This document shows, piece after piece, positions 7,733 through 15,768 of a stretch of 60,042 bases of DNA. Position numbers and translations under genes: made by a program. The notes under the pieces were generated by a model that saw nothing but the letters and a program-made list of their open reading frames with translations, was not told where the DNA came from and did no database searches. The DNA comes from a virus (taxonomy: Duplodnaviria > Caudoviricetes), in the IMG/VR virus record IMGVR_UViG_3300046028_006424, positions 1-60,042 of that record. The stretch is one strand, 5' to 3'. Every line of letters starts with the position of its first letter. Within the stretch, counting starts at the first letter, position 1.

Positions 7733-9525
7733 ATTATTATAATGAATTCGACCCAAAAGCTGCCGCATGGCTCCGAGAACTCATCGCCCGAGGACATATC
7801 CCCGCCGGCGTGGTTGATGAACGATCAATCGAAGACATCACGCCGAAAGAACTCGAAGCGTTTACCCAGTGTCACTTCTTTGCAGGAATCGCCGGCTGGC
7901 CCCGTGCTCTTTGGCTTTCAGGATGGCCGGATGACAAGCCCGTCTGGACCGGATCATGCCCATGTCAACCTTTCAGCACGGCAGGCAAAGGCAAGGGGAT
8001 TGCTGACGAGCGCCACCTGTGGCCCGCATTCAGAAAACTCATTGCAACTTGTCGTCCCTCGCGTATTTTTGGAGAACAGGTTGCATCTAGAGATGGTCGT
8101 CATTGGATGGAGCGTGTTAGGTTTGACTTAGAATCTATTCACTACTGGAGCCTTTATCATGAAAACTTGCACACACTGCTTGCAGCCAAAACCGCCAACC
8201 GACTTTCGGAAATACTCGGGGAGATCGCGGGACGGTCTGAGGCCTTTGTGCAAGCCATGTCAGAGGGCGTACGAGAGCACATGGAGACAGTCCAACAAAG
8301 AGAGGAGGAGGGTGAGTCGAGCGCAGCGAGCTCCCAAGGAAAAGGCATACAGGCTAGTGTACAACGTGTTGAATCGCGGGAGACTTCTTGCCACAGAAGC
8401 AATTCGGCGGAGTTCGAGGAAGAATTTGCCTTGCGATTTGGAAAGGCACCTGCCGGAGATAGAGGAGAGAATACAGATGGGGGTTTGCGAGATGACTGGC
8501 CTACCGTTCAACTTTCACTCGACTGGGATAGCATGGAACAGCCCGTCCATACATCGGCGCGATCCGAAGATGGGATATACTTACAAGAACATCCAAATCG
8601 TGTGCTTTGGTATAAACGCGGCCCTGGGGAATTGGGGGGAAGCGGCGCTCAAAGAGATTGTAAACGCATGGTTAGGGAGGGACACTTAAATGACGAGCGA
8701 GCAATTGCAGAAATCTTTGGGGCAATCATTGAGGCGTCGTTTGAACGCCTTCGTCTCGCCGGAATACAAACTAACGTGGAAGGAATGGCCTATGCTGTCG
8801 GGGCCGCAGATCTGTGCGCTGCGGGCATCGGCGCGCCGCACATCAGACAGCGTCTTTACTGGATGGCCCACAACGGGAGCGGGCGACGAGAAATGGCGAT
8901 GCTCCACGGAGCAAGCGGCACTCAGGCGGGGGGACAGCGGGAAACAGGTGTCATTGGAGGTGGTGGCCTGCCTCTCGGGCTGGCCCACATGCAAGGCTCA
9001 GAACGCAACGGGGACAGGGCCGTCACGAGTGGGCAACAAGGCGGATCTACAAAGGATAGCCGGGTGGGCAACGCCAGACGCCAACGCGATGAATTTGGGC
9101 GAGGGACTGGAGACGTGGGATGCACGGCAGGTCAAGAACAAGGAGAAGGAGAAGCATCACAACGGGAACGGAGCAGGGATGCCGATAGCCATCCAAGTCC
9201 AGACGATTCAGGGATGGTGCAGCCCGACAGTAACGGATGCGTCACGCGGTATCCTACCGCCGCGTCCGCAGGATACAGGCATTCCCCTGACTCAGCAAGT
9301 TTCTGGGCTGACTCACGAGTCATCACCACCCGCGACGGTAAAAATCGCCGGATTCCGACTGAACCCGCACTTTTCCCTTTGGTTGATGGGCTACCCTACA
9401 AACTGGCACCATGCGGGAGTTGCATCCCTGCGCTCCTCAAGGGAAGCGGCAATGCAATCGTCCCCCAAGTCGCCGCGCAGTTCATCCAAGCCTGTGAAGA
9501 AGCCAGCAACGACATAACCCCATGA
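7729..9525 (+). CDS. C5-cytosine DNA methyltransferase, catalytic (alpha-type) chain carrying a 216-codon insertion
   Basis: HFFAGIAG (motif I), GSCPCQPFS (IV), GEQV (VI), PHIRQRLY (VIII), GNAIVP (X). Confidence 0.9.
   Translation: MNYYNEFDPKAAAWLRELIARGHIPAGVVDERSIEDITPKELEAFTQCHFFAGIAGWPRALWLSGWPDDKPVWTGSCPCQPFSTAGKGKGIADERHLWPAFRKLIATCRPSRIFGEQVASRDGRHWMERVRFDLESIHYWSLYHENLHTLLAAKTANRLSEILGEIAGRSEAFVQAMSEGVREHMETVQQREEEGESSAASSQGKGIQASVQRVESRETSCHRSNSAEFEEEFALRFGKAPAGDRGENTDGGLRDDWPTVQLSLDWDSMEQPVHTSARSEDGIYLQEHPNRVLWYKRGPGELGGSGAQRDCKRMVREGHLNDERAIAEIFGAIIEASFERLRLAGIQTNVEGMAYAVGAADLCAAGIGAPHIRQRLYWMAHNGSGRREMAMLHGASGTQAGGQRETGVIGGGGLPLGLAHMQGSERNGDRAVTSGQQGGSTKDSRVGNARRQRDEFGRGTGDVGCTAGQEQGEGEASQRERSRDADSHPSPDDSGMVQPDSNGCVTRYPTAASAGYRHSPDSASFWADSRVITTRDGKNRRIPTEPALFPLVDGLPYKLAPCGSCIPALLKGSGNAIVPQVAAQFIQACEEASNDITP
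8159..8689 (+). CDS. Putative His-Me finger (HNH-like) homing endonuclease nested in the +1 frame of the MTase
   Basis: KTCTHC...CKPC zinc finger; CEMTGLPF...SPSIHRRDPKMGYTYKNIQIVCFGINAALG; GGAG 8 nt before the ATG. Confidence 0.8.
   Translation: MKTCTHCLQPKPPTDFRKYSGRSRDGLRPLCKPCQRAYESTWRQSNKERRRVSRAQRAPKEKAYRLVYNVLNRGRLLATEAIRRSSRKNLPCDLERHLPEIEERIQMGVCEMTGLPFNFHSTGIAWNSPSIHRRDPKMGYTYKNIQIVCFGINAALGNWGEAALKEIVNAWLGRDT
8690..9517 (+). CDS. Overlapping second (beta-type) MTase polypeptide in the +1 frame
   Basis: Repeated GWPT/GWAT/GWCSP units and LNPHFSLWLMGYP, resembling the motif IX missing from the alpha chain; GGAGGG before the ATG. Confidence 0.75.
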   Translation: MTSEQLQKSLGQSLRRRLNAFVSPEYKLTWKEWPMLSGPQICALRASARRTSDSVFTGWPTTGAGDEKWRCSTEQAALRRGDSGKQVSLEVVACLSGWPTCKAQNATGTGPSRVGNKADLQRIAGWATPDANAMNLGEGLETWDARQVKNKEKEKHHNGNGAGMPIAIQVQTIQGWCSPTVTDASRGILPPRPQDTGIPLTQQVSGLTHESSPPATVKIAGFRLNPHFSLWLMGYPTNWHHAGVASLRSSREAAMQSSPKSPRSSSKPVKKPATT

Positions 9526-9761
9526 AGAAAAACCCCAACGCGCAAGCCCTCGGCAGTCTCGGCGGCAGAGTGAAATCCCCCGCCAAGGCCCGTCTCTCCG
9601 CCTACGGCATGCAAGCCCTGGCGACGGTGGCGAAGTGCTCCACGGACACGGTATCGCGGGCGGTTGTTGCCGGGGATATCGACATGGAAAGCATGGAGTC
9701 GGCGCTGATTTGGGTCGGGAACCGCAGGAAGAAGATCAAACCAACCACGAAACCAGAATGA
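9522..9761 (+). CDS. Small HTH-like protein, paralog of 51211..51552
   Basis: ATGA-coupled to the MTase; LATVAKCSTDTVSRAV helix-turn-helix pattern. Confidence 0.75.
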   Translation: MKKNPNAQALGSLGGRVKSPAKARLSAYGMQALATVAKCSTDTVSRAVVAGDIDMESMESALIWVGNRRKKIKPTTKPE

Positions 9762-9914
9762 GTGCAGACCATAATCCGGCAGGCGACTGGCAGCACAGGA
9801 GGCTCAACGGGTTGAGCTTATTCTGGCTGGACCTCATCAATAGAACCAACAATCCATGGAGCCCCCATTGGCAGCGGGCCATAAACTTGAACAACCCTGA
9901 TCTTCACCACACTT

Positions 9915-10169
9915 ATGACCGTATACATCACCAAATACGCCCTCACGCAGGGTATTCTCGAAGTCGAAAGCATTCCCGTAACCAGTAATCACAAGACAGT
10001 TCTGGTGGGTTTTGATCTACCTGGATTATGCCGTCAATACGCTTCTCCTGCGCACGCGCATGAAACTAAAGATGCAGCTATCGCCAAGGCTGAAAAGATG
10101 CGCCTCAAGGCTATCGACTCGCTCACAAAGAAGCTCGCGGAACTCGGAAAACTCACCTTCCAACCATGA
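9915..10169 (+). CDS. Hypothetical phage protein
   Basis: VYITKYALTQGI...AIAKAEKMRLKAIDSL. Confidence 0.75.
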   Translation: MTVYITKYALTQGILEVESIPVTSNHKTVLVGFDLPGLCRQYASPAHAHETKDAAIAKAEKMRLKAIDSLTKKLAELGKLTFQP

Positions 10170-10780
10170 CACCATCCCCATTCACCGAGCTACAACAAAT
10201 TCAGGAGGCGCAGCGCGAGGGCTGCGTGCCTGAGCACAAGCCAGCGGTGGCGACACCGAGAACAGATAAGCTCGAATACGACCAAGAATGTAACTTTGAT
10301 GTTCCATGGGAGGATGAGTGCCGCAAGATGGAAGTCGAGATTACCGAACTCAACCATCGTCTTATCGACCGCCAAAAAAGCGTTCAGGCGCAGTTGATCC
10401 GCATCGAAGATGGGTGGCGGGAGAAGCTGAGGGAATCGCAGGCGCAGATTGTTGCGCTGCGGGACGCGGGGCAACTATCGGAGATCACTAGTTTGCACCA
10501 TTTGCTCGATGAAGCAGGAGTTGAACTCGCCAAAGCCAACGCCGAGCTTGAGCGGCTGCGGTGGCGGAGTGTGGAGGTGAAGCCGACGACGGAGGATGCT
10601 GACTGGAAAGGTCCCTTCTGCCCACCACCAGCACCCACAGCCGAGGAGGTGAGCAGGGCGAAATTCAACACGTGGTACGATGCACGCTGCAAAGACCCGT
10701 CAAAGCACAAAACGGCTCTCCGCGAGGCCATGTTTGATTCATGGCAAGCCGCTCGCGCATCGAAGGAGGAGAAGGCGTGA
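10166..10780 (+). CDS. Hypothetical coiled-coil phage protein
   Basis: Coupled at both ends; TPRTD motif; coiled coil. Confidence 0.65.
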   Translation: MTPSPFTELQQIQEAQREGCVPEHKPAVATPRTDKLEYDQECNFDVPWEDECRKMEVEITELNHRLIDRQKSVQAQLIRIEDGWREKLRESQAQIVALRDAGQLSEITSLHHLLDEAGVELAKANAELERLRWRSVEVKPTTEDADWKGPFCPPPAPTAEEVSRAKFNTWYDARCKDPSKHKTALREAMFDSWQAARASKEEKA

Positions 10781-10962
10781 TCACCGTATCCTCCGCCCTC
10801 ACCGCTGCTCTAGCCCACCTGCAAACCCAGGGGGCGGGGCATTCTATCACCCTGCCCTATAGCGCATTTGGCAACGTGAGTTCCATAGTGAACGACGGCG
10901 ACGGTGGCCCGGTGAGTTCATTTATTGCCAAGTGGCAGAAGCAACATGGACTCTCCACATAA
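10777..10962 (+). CDS. Hypothetical protein
   Basis: GTGA overlap with the previous stop; GGAG upstream. Confidence 0.5.
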   Translation: MITVSSALTAALAHLQTQGAGHSITLPYSAFGNVSSIVNDGDGGPVSSFIAKWQKQHGLST

Positions 10963-11078
10963 TTTCCTCGGCAACGGGGTCTGGCGGTACCAGTTGATCC
11001 GCTCCGTAGTCATCCAAGGAGGTGAAACGGCTTCATTCAACGACTCGGGCAGGCGGGCGTAATTGGCTGGCCCTGCAC

Positions 11079-11118
11079 AAAAACGCCGCACCCTGAAAAG
11101 GTGCGGCGTTCTTTGTTT
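11079..11118. terminator. Bidirectional intrinsic terminator between convergent operons
   Basis: Stem AACGCCGCACC (11082-11092) / GGTGCGGCGTT (11100-11110), flanked by an A-run and a T-rich tail. Confidence 0.85.
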
Positions 11119-11127
11119 GACGGTGGA

Positions 11128-11454
11128 TCACGCTTTGAAAGCGTGCCGCTGGCAGGAGTCAAAGAACGTCACTTCCGCGTCGCGTTGATCCTTCCGCAGC
11201 ACGCACTGGCCGAATTTGGCCCGCCGCATGGAGTCAGGCACGAAGTTGACGCAGTTCTGGCAAATCACCTTCGCGGCCATGACCGCCTGCGTTCCCTCCC
11301 ATCGCACGTTGGCAGCGTCCTCCATAAACTGCGACCTGGCCGCAGGGTCCATGCTTTTCCACCGCGCTTTGCCTGCTCTGACACGCGCCGGCGACTTTGT
11401 GCCCGCTTTCCTGGCGGTGAAGTGGTGTTGGCACTGGGGGCAGCAGGTGGTCAT
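11128..11454 (-). CDS. Hypothetical protein with Cys pairs and a basic GKARW...AANVRW motif
   Basis: CPQC, CQNC; ATGA-coupled. Confidence 0.65.
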   Translation of the reverse strand: MTTCCPQCQHHFTARKAGTKSPARVRAGKARWKSMDPAARSQFMEDAANVRWEGTQAVMAAKVICQNCVNFVPDSMRRAKFGQCVLRKDQRDAEVTFFDSCQRHAFKA

Positions 11455-11708
11455 GCTTTTGTGGCTGTAAGGGCTTCGTGAGCGGCGAGAGACTTGTTTC
11501 CTATGGTGCAGTAGCCGAAAACGGACTCGTTATCGTTGATGACTTTTTGAATCGTGCGAAGATCAGCCGCCAACCGTCTCTCATCCTCGCGGGCTGCGTC
11601 GCGCTGGAGCTCAAACTCGCGGGCAAAGTCCAATACTTGATAGTAGCCAGTGCCAAGGCCGCGTGTAGGCAAGGCAAAGGCGTCAGTTTCGGGGGTGGGC
11701 ATGCTCAT
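11451..11708 (-). CDS. Hypothetical protein
   Basis: MSMPTPETD...DFAREFELQRDAAR; coupled at both ends. Confidence 0.65.
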   Translation of the reverse strand: MSMPTPETDAFALPTRGLGTGYYQVLDFAREFELQRDAAREDERRLAADLRTIQKVINDNESVFGYCTIGNKSLAAHEALTATKA

Positions 11709-12115
11709 GGCGGTGGTAGAAGCGTAAACGGTTGCGGGTGGTTGGGGTGGGGTGCGTAGCCGCGATAGGCCGGGGTGAGCCAGCCTGCTGCATAGGAGAG
11801 GTTGGGAAATTCGTGAATCCAGGCGTGGCACTGAGTGCAGACTTGCACGACTTCGAATAGGCGATCTTCGCAGCGCCCGCTGGGGTGATGAGGCTGAAGG
11901 GGTCCGCATTGCGAGACATGCCACGCGCACCGCTGGCAGCGTGGCAGTCCGTGCATGGCGATCTTGACCCACTCGCGGTATTCACGATCTCGGGCCGCGT
12001 TGCCCTTTGCCGCCTTGCGGAGCGCCTGCCGTGGCTTCCCGGCCACAAGCCCCGCTTTGCACTTCTCCTTGTAGGTGAGGCGCTTGGCGGGCTTGTGCTG
12101 GAACTCGGGGATCAT
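11705..12115 (-). CDS. HNH-like zinc-binding protein
   Basis: CQRC...HHPSGR...VCTQCHAWIH. Confidence 0.7.
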   Translation of the reverse strand: MIPEFQHKPAKRLTYKEKCKAGLVAGKPRQALRKAAKGNAARDREYREWVKIAMHGLPRCQRCAWHVSQCGPLQPHHPSGRCEDRLFEVVQVCTQCHAWIHEFPNLSYAAGWLTPAYRGYAPHPNHPQPFTLLPPP

Positions 12116-12378
12116 GGCTGCGGAGTAAGCAGTTCAACAAGTTCGGTGATGAGGTTTATCACTCGCTCGTTGTGTGTGGGCTGAGGCGCTGCGTCCTTGG
12201 GCTTTGGCCTCGGCGCGAAGATGGCAAACAAGCCATCCCAGCAGGCTTTGCAGAACACAAGCTTGGTGCCGCTTGTGTCGTAGTAACCGATGGTTATTTT
12301 CACCGTGGCGCTATGGTCGTACTCCGCATTGGGGATGACCGCGTTGCATTTGTCGCAGGTTCGAGTTTGTGTGATCAT
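12112..12378 (-). CDS. Small zinc-ribbon hypothetical protein
   Basis: CDKC...FCKAC; coupled. Confidence 0.65.
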   Translation of the reverse strand: MITQTRTCDKCNAVIPNAEYDHSATVKITIGYYDTSGTKLVFCKACWDGLFAIFAPRPKPKDAAPQPTHNERVINLITELVELLTPQP

Positions 12379-12548
12379 GGGATGAATTTGGCGTCTTTCT
12401 CGCTCTCGGTGAAATTGGTGGACGTGTTGGCCCTCGGCTTCCGCTTGGCGGGAAGCTCCACGGGTGGCAGGCTGGCGGAGAGCAGGGAAAGCCGTCTTGT
12501 GTCGGCAATTTGCTGGTCGATTTGGGTTTGGAGGTGGGGAGGGGTCAT
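12375..12548 (-). CDS. Hypothetical protein
   Basis: ATG 12548 just after the upstream TAG; stop overlaps the next ATG. Confidence 0.5.
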   Translation of the reverse strand: MTPPHLQTQIDQQIADTRRLSLLSASLPPVELPAKRKPRANTSTNFTESEKDAKFIP

Positions 12549-12550
12549 GG

Positions 12551-12953
12551 CTATTCGTCCTCCCCCTTGATGAACTCGCGGATGTCGGGATGCTTCGGCC
12601 AGTTGGTGATGATGCCTTGCTCGTTGATCTTGAGCGAGACGTAATCGCCGTATTCGCCGGGGATGAGGCCGTGCGGCACATAGTTCTGTTCGATGGAACA
12701 GTACCACGTTGCCAGCGGCATCCAGCAAGGTGTATGAGCCTTCGTCGCACACCTTCATGTACTTAATCTCGCCCGCTTGACCCTCGGGCCAGCCGAGAAT
12801 CTTACCAGTGTCCATCTCGATTTTCGCCTCCCATTTCTTGCCATGGCGGAGCGGGAAGTTGTTGGGGATGTCCTCTTCCTCGTAGCGGACGGGCAGCGTC
12901 ACAAGGACGTGCGTGATTTCTACTTCTTTGGTGGTGGGTATCAGTGCTTTCAT
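12551..12953 (-). pseudogene. Phage hypothetical gene with a 1-nt frameshift near 12697
   Basis: MKALIP...KVCDEGSYTLLDAAGNVVL continues in another frame as SIEQNYVPHGLIPGEYGDYVSLKINEQGIITNW...GEDE*; span 403 nt = 3n+1. Confidence 0.7.
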
Positions 12954-13138
12954 CGGTGGTTCTGTGTGTGGGTTAAAATCCAATCTGCCCGCATTTGGAG
13001 CAGATCAATGGAGCCGAGGGTTTACCCGGCTGCTGCCAGTCGTGCTGGCCGATGGCCGCAAGCACCGCACGCTTAGTGCGCGTGTCGGTGAGGGCGAAGA
13101 ATACTTTCGTGATGGTGGAGTGCATAGTGGTGAGTGGT

Positions 13139-13477
13139 TCAAATGTTGCGATAAGCGGATTGCAGCACGGCATACACGTTACCGCCCTTGATTCGACGCA
13201 CGCGGGAGACGCTAGACTGCCAGTGACCGCAGCAATCATGCTCGCATCGGCATCCGCTCTGCATGGTATCGCGAATAGCATCCTTGATGCTCTGCTCCCC
13301 CTCCCCTGACTTGACCAGCAGAAGGGAGAACACGCGCTGGCTCTCCCCGTCGTTGCGCTTCGTGCGGCTGCTCACCACGCGGGCGGTGCCAACCTCTTCG
13401 TTGTCGTCCAGGTGCGACCATCCCACGTTGTAGCGGTGCGTAAGACGGCGTTCGAGTGTGATTTTATGATTTTCCAT
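13139..13477 (-). CDS. Hypothetical protein with CRCEHDCCGH motif
   Basis: First gene after the leftward promoter. Confidence 0.7.
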   Translation of the reverse strand: MENHKITLERRLTHRYNVGWSHLDDNEEVGTARVVSSRTKRNDGESQRVFSLLLVKSGEGEQSIKDAIRDTMQSGCRCEHDCCGHWQSSVSRVRRIKGGNVYAVLQSAYRNI

Positions 13478-13532
13478 AATATGAGAGGTGGTTAATGCAA
13501 ATAACTGGCGGTAATGCGGGCGGTACAAAGTC

Positions 13533-13561
13533 AGTATGCTAGCATTGCTAGCATCCGTCAA
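13533..13561 (-). promoter_or_regulatory. Leftward sigma70 promoter with a palindromic operator in the spacer
   Basis: TTGACG-17-CATACT on the minus strand; ATGCTAGCA-T-TGCTAGCAT at 13536-13554. Confidence 0.7.
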
Positions 13562-13726
13562 CGTAATTTGTCTTCACAAGCGCCGCATGAGCTGCCAAAA
13601 CACGAGATTTGGCGCGAAAAGCCACTGAGAGTCAACCGATTGCAATCGTGCCAGCCATGGAAGAAATGTTGCACTTTCGCCCGTGCCATGGAAGAATCGG
13701 CGCAGAAACTTCCACTCCTTTACCCT

Positions 13727-14212
13727 ATGGCATTCCAAAGTATCACACCGAAGGGCTTTCAGATGCCGCAGATCGCCCCGAAACAGGCGAGCGCCGCGAC
13801 GACTGGCTTCTCCCCGACCTCGGCAGCCGCGAAAACGACGCAGCAAGCTCAGTACGCAGCGAACGACGCGCAGGCAGAGAGCGAGGGCGCGAACTATCAG
13901 GCCGCAGCCAACGCCGACGCTGCCAACAAGACGAACGCGCTGGCGCAGACCTTGGCGCAGGCCCGCAACTCGACACCGGGGGGCGGCATCCGCATAGGCA
14001 TCCAGGCGGGCGCACAGAGCGCGAATGCTGCATCTTCCGGCCTGACCGCAGCGAATGCGGCTTCTCGCGTGGCACGCAAAAAGAACCTACTCAAAACACA
14101 GACCGACGCGCAGGCGGCAGCGCAGCAGCAGGCGACCCAGGAAGCCGCAGCGGCAGAACAGCGCGCCGCGTGGGGTGGTAGTTCTATTGGCACCCCCATC
14201 CGTATTTGGTAA
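13727..14212 (+). CDS. Ala/Gln-rich protein, possible internal virion/ejection protein
   Basis: Low-complexity A/Q composition; first gene of the virion region. Confidence 0.6.
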   Translation: MAFQSITPKGFQMPQIAPKQASAATTGFSPTSAAAKTTQQAQYAANDAQAESEGANYQAAANADAANKTNALAQTLAQARNSTPGGGIRIGIQAGAQSANAASSGLTAANAASRVARKKNLLKTQTDAQAAAQQQATQEAAAAEQRAAWGGSSIGTPIRIW

Positions 14213-14233
14213 ACCACTGACCGACACACGACC

Positions 14234-14674
14234 ATGAGCTACTACGGAGAAGAACAGCCCGACGAATCATCTGGCCAGCGCAGCCCAGACCCTTACGTCT
14301 GGACGAATCAAGGACCCGCCCGCAAGATCGGCCCGAAGTCCAAGTACGGCATGAACGCCAACACTGGCGACCAAGTGCAGGCCAGCCAGCGCCGCAAGAC
14401 ACCGACGCGCCTTGGATCTTCCCCGTCCCGTCTCGGTAGCGCGATGCCGCAGACTGAATCCCGGTTCTCAGCCAGCCAGCGCGAGGCAGCCGACCAGACG
14501 GCGGCAAATGCGTCCTATCTCGCCTCGAAGAATGGACCAGCGAAGAAGACATCAGCCGGTGGCAACTACGACGGCGGCAAGATGTCTCTCACCTCGACCT
14601 TGAGCGGCGCTCGCGGCGCCGCACGCAAAGCGAAGCGCGGCCCCGGCTACTCCAAGGGAAAGATGCACCTCTAA
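14234..14674 (+). CDS. Basic disordered protein, possible internal virion protein
   Basis: ORF 146 aa, phage-typical codon usage. Confidence 0.65.
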   Translation: MSYYGEEQPDESSGQRSPDPYVWTNQGPARKIGPKSKYGMNANTGDQVQASQRRKTPTRLGSSPSRLGSAMPQTESRFSASQREAADQTAANASYLASKNGPAKKTSAGGNYDGGKMSLTSTLSGARGAARKAKRGPGYSKGKMHL

Positions 14675-14684
14675 TCTCACGACC

Positions 14685-15248
14685 ATGATTAAGACCGACG
14701 CTCAACGCAAAGCTCGCACTATCGAGGGGAAGCCCGTGGGCGATTGGTTCAACTCCGCCGCTCAACGGCAGAAGCGAGACAACCAGTTCGCCAGCTACGA
14801 TTCACCGATGCGCCGCCCGCTTCCCGAGGCAGAGAAGGAAACGAAGGCAGAGCAGAAGACCGAGCCAAAGGGCGCGGAGAAAGCCGAAGCATCGACCGTC
14901 ACGAAGCGTTTGGCTGCGCCATCTGCGCAGGCAAAAGGCAAGGCGATGGGACTCTCCGCCATTGCCGACGCACGCAACGAGGGAATCAAAGCCTCACGCA
15001 AGCAGAACCGCACAGTGTTATTTCCTGCCCGTCCTGTTGAGAGCAAGCGCCCCTCTGACTCCTACGTGAGCAAACCAGGCAACAAGTCTGTGATGTCACT
15101 GCCCAGCGGAAACAAAGATGTTGAAGCCGCCAAGGTGAAGCGCGTGACCGACGCCAAAGCCAAGGAGGAGCGCCGCAAGAAAGATGTGGCTATGAATGTT
15201 GGTCGCACGCCCTACATGCCGAACAAGCCCCGTTCGTTCTCCCTCTAA
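14685..15248 (+). CDS. Basic K/A-rich protein, possible internal virion protein
   Basis: ORF 187 aa, tightly packed. Confidence 0.65.
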   Translation: MIKTDAQRKARTIEGKPVGDWFNSAAQRQKRDNQFASYDSPMRRPLPEAEKETKAEQKTEPKGAEKAEASTVTKRLAAPSAQAKGKAMGLSAIADARNEGIKASRKQNRTVLFPARPVESKRPSDSYVSKPGNKSVMSLPSGNKDVEAAKVKRVTDAKAKEERRKKDVAMNVGRTPYMPNKPRSFSL

Positions 15249-15461
15249 ATGCCTGACTTCTCCAGCCAGCGGACGAAGCACGCCGCCCCCGTGGCGCAGG
15301 TACATGTCCCGGCTGTGACTAATGCGAGACGCGAGGTGGCCGCTATGGACCGCGCAGAACTCAACCGCATGACCCGCCAGCGCATCCAGTCTGCCGTTGC
15401 CGCCGAGTGGTGGGCAAAGCATAACCTGATGATCGGCCAGCAACTCCCCGCCAAAAACTGA
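15249..15461 (+). CDS. Hypothetical protein
   Basis: ATG directly after the upstream TAA; starts MPDFS like the giant protein. Confidence 0.55.
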   Translation: MPDFSSQRTKHAAPVAQVHVPAVTNARREVAAMDRAELNRMTRQRIQSAVAAEWWAKHNLMIGQQLPAKN

Positions 15462-15465
15462 TTTT

Positions 15466-15672
15466 ATGCCCCTCCTTCCCTACCAGCAACGTGTCGTCGA
15501 TGAAAAAGCCGAACTGGACACCAAGATCGAAGCCCTTGCGCTTTTTATCGGCACGTCGCCAAACTGGGGTGCTGTGCCTGAAGCTGAACAGAACCGCATG
15601 CGTTGCCAGCATACAGCGATGGTGACTTACTCCATCATCCTTGGAGAACGCATCGCTGCATTTCCCGCCTAA
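15466..15672 (+). CDS. Small helical-hairpin phage protein (crAss001_48-like)
   Basis: YQQRVVDEKAELDTKIEAL...Q..AM..YSIILGERI. Confidence 0.75.
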   Translation: MPLLPYQQRVVDEKAELDTKIEALALFIGTSPNWGAVPEAEQNRMRCQHTAMVTYSIILGERIAAFPA

Positions 15673-15768
15673 TTTTACCCATGAAACGTGCCGCCCGCGC
15701 TTTCCTCAAGAACCTCGCCATCCTGGCCGGAGTGAGAAATCGTGTGCCGTCTTCGTTCAACGCCTACC

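Noticed and set aside
7742-8131. 129-aa +1 ORF over the MTase N-terminus
   Set aside because: No convincing start or protein-like composition; only its end is informative, as a relic of the beta frame
8134-8781. MTase insertion as an intein or group I intron
   Set aside because: No C/S...HN-C/S/T intein termini, the endonuclease is out of frame, and I recognised no group I core by eye; splicing is not formally excluded
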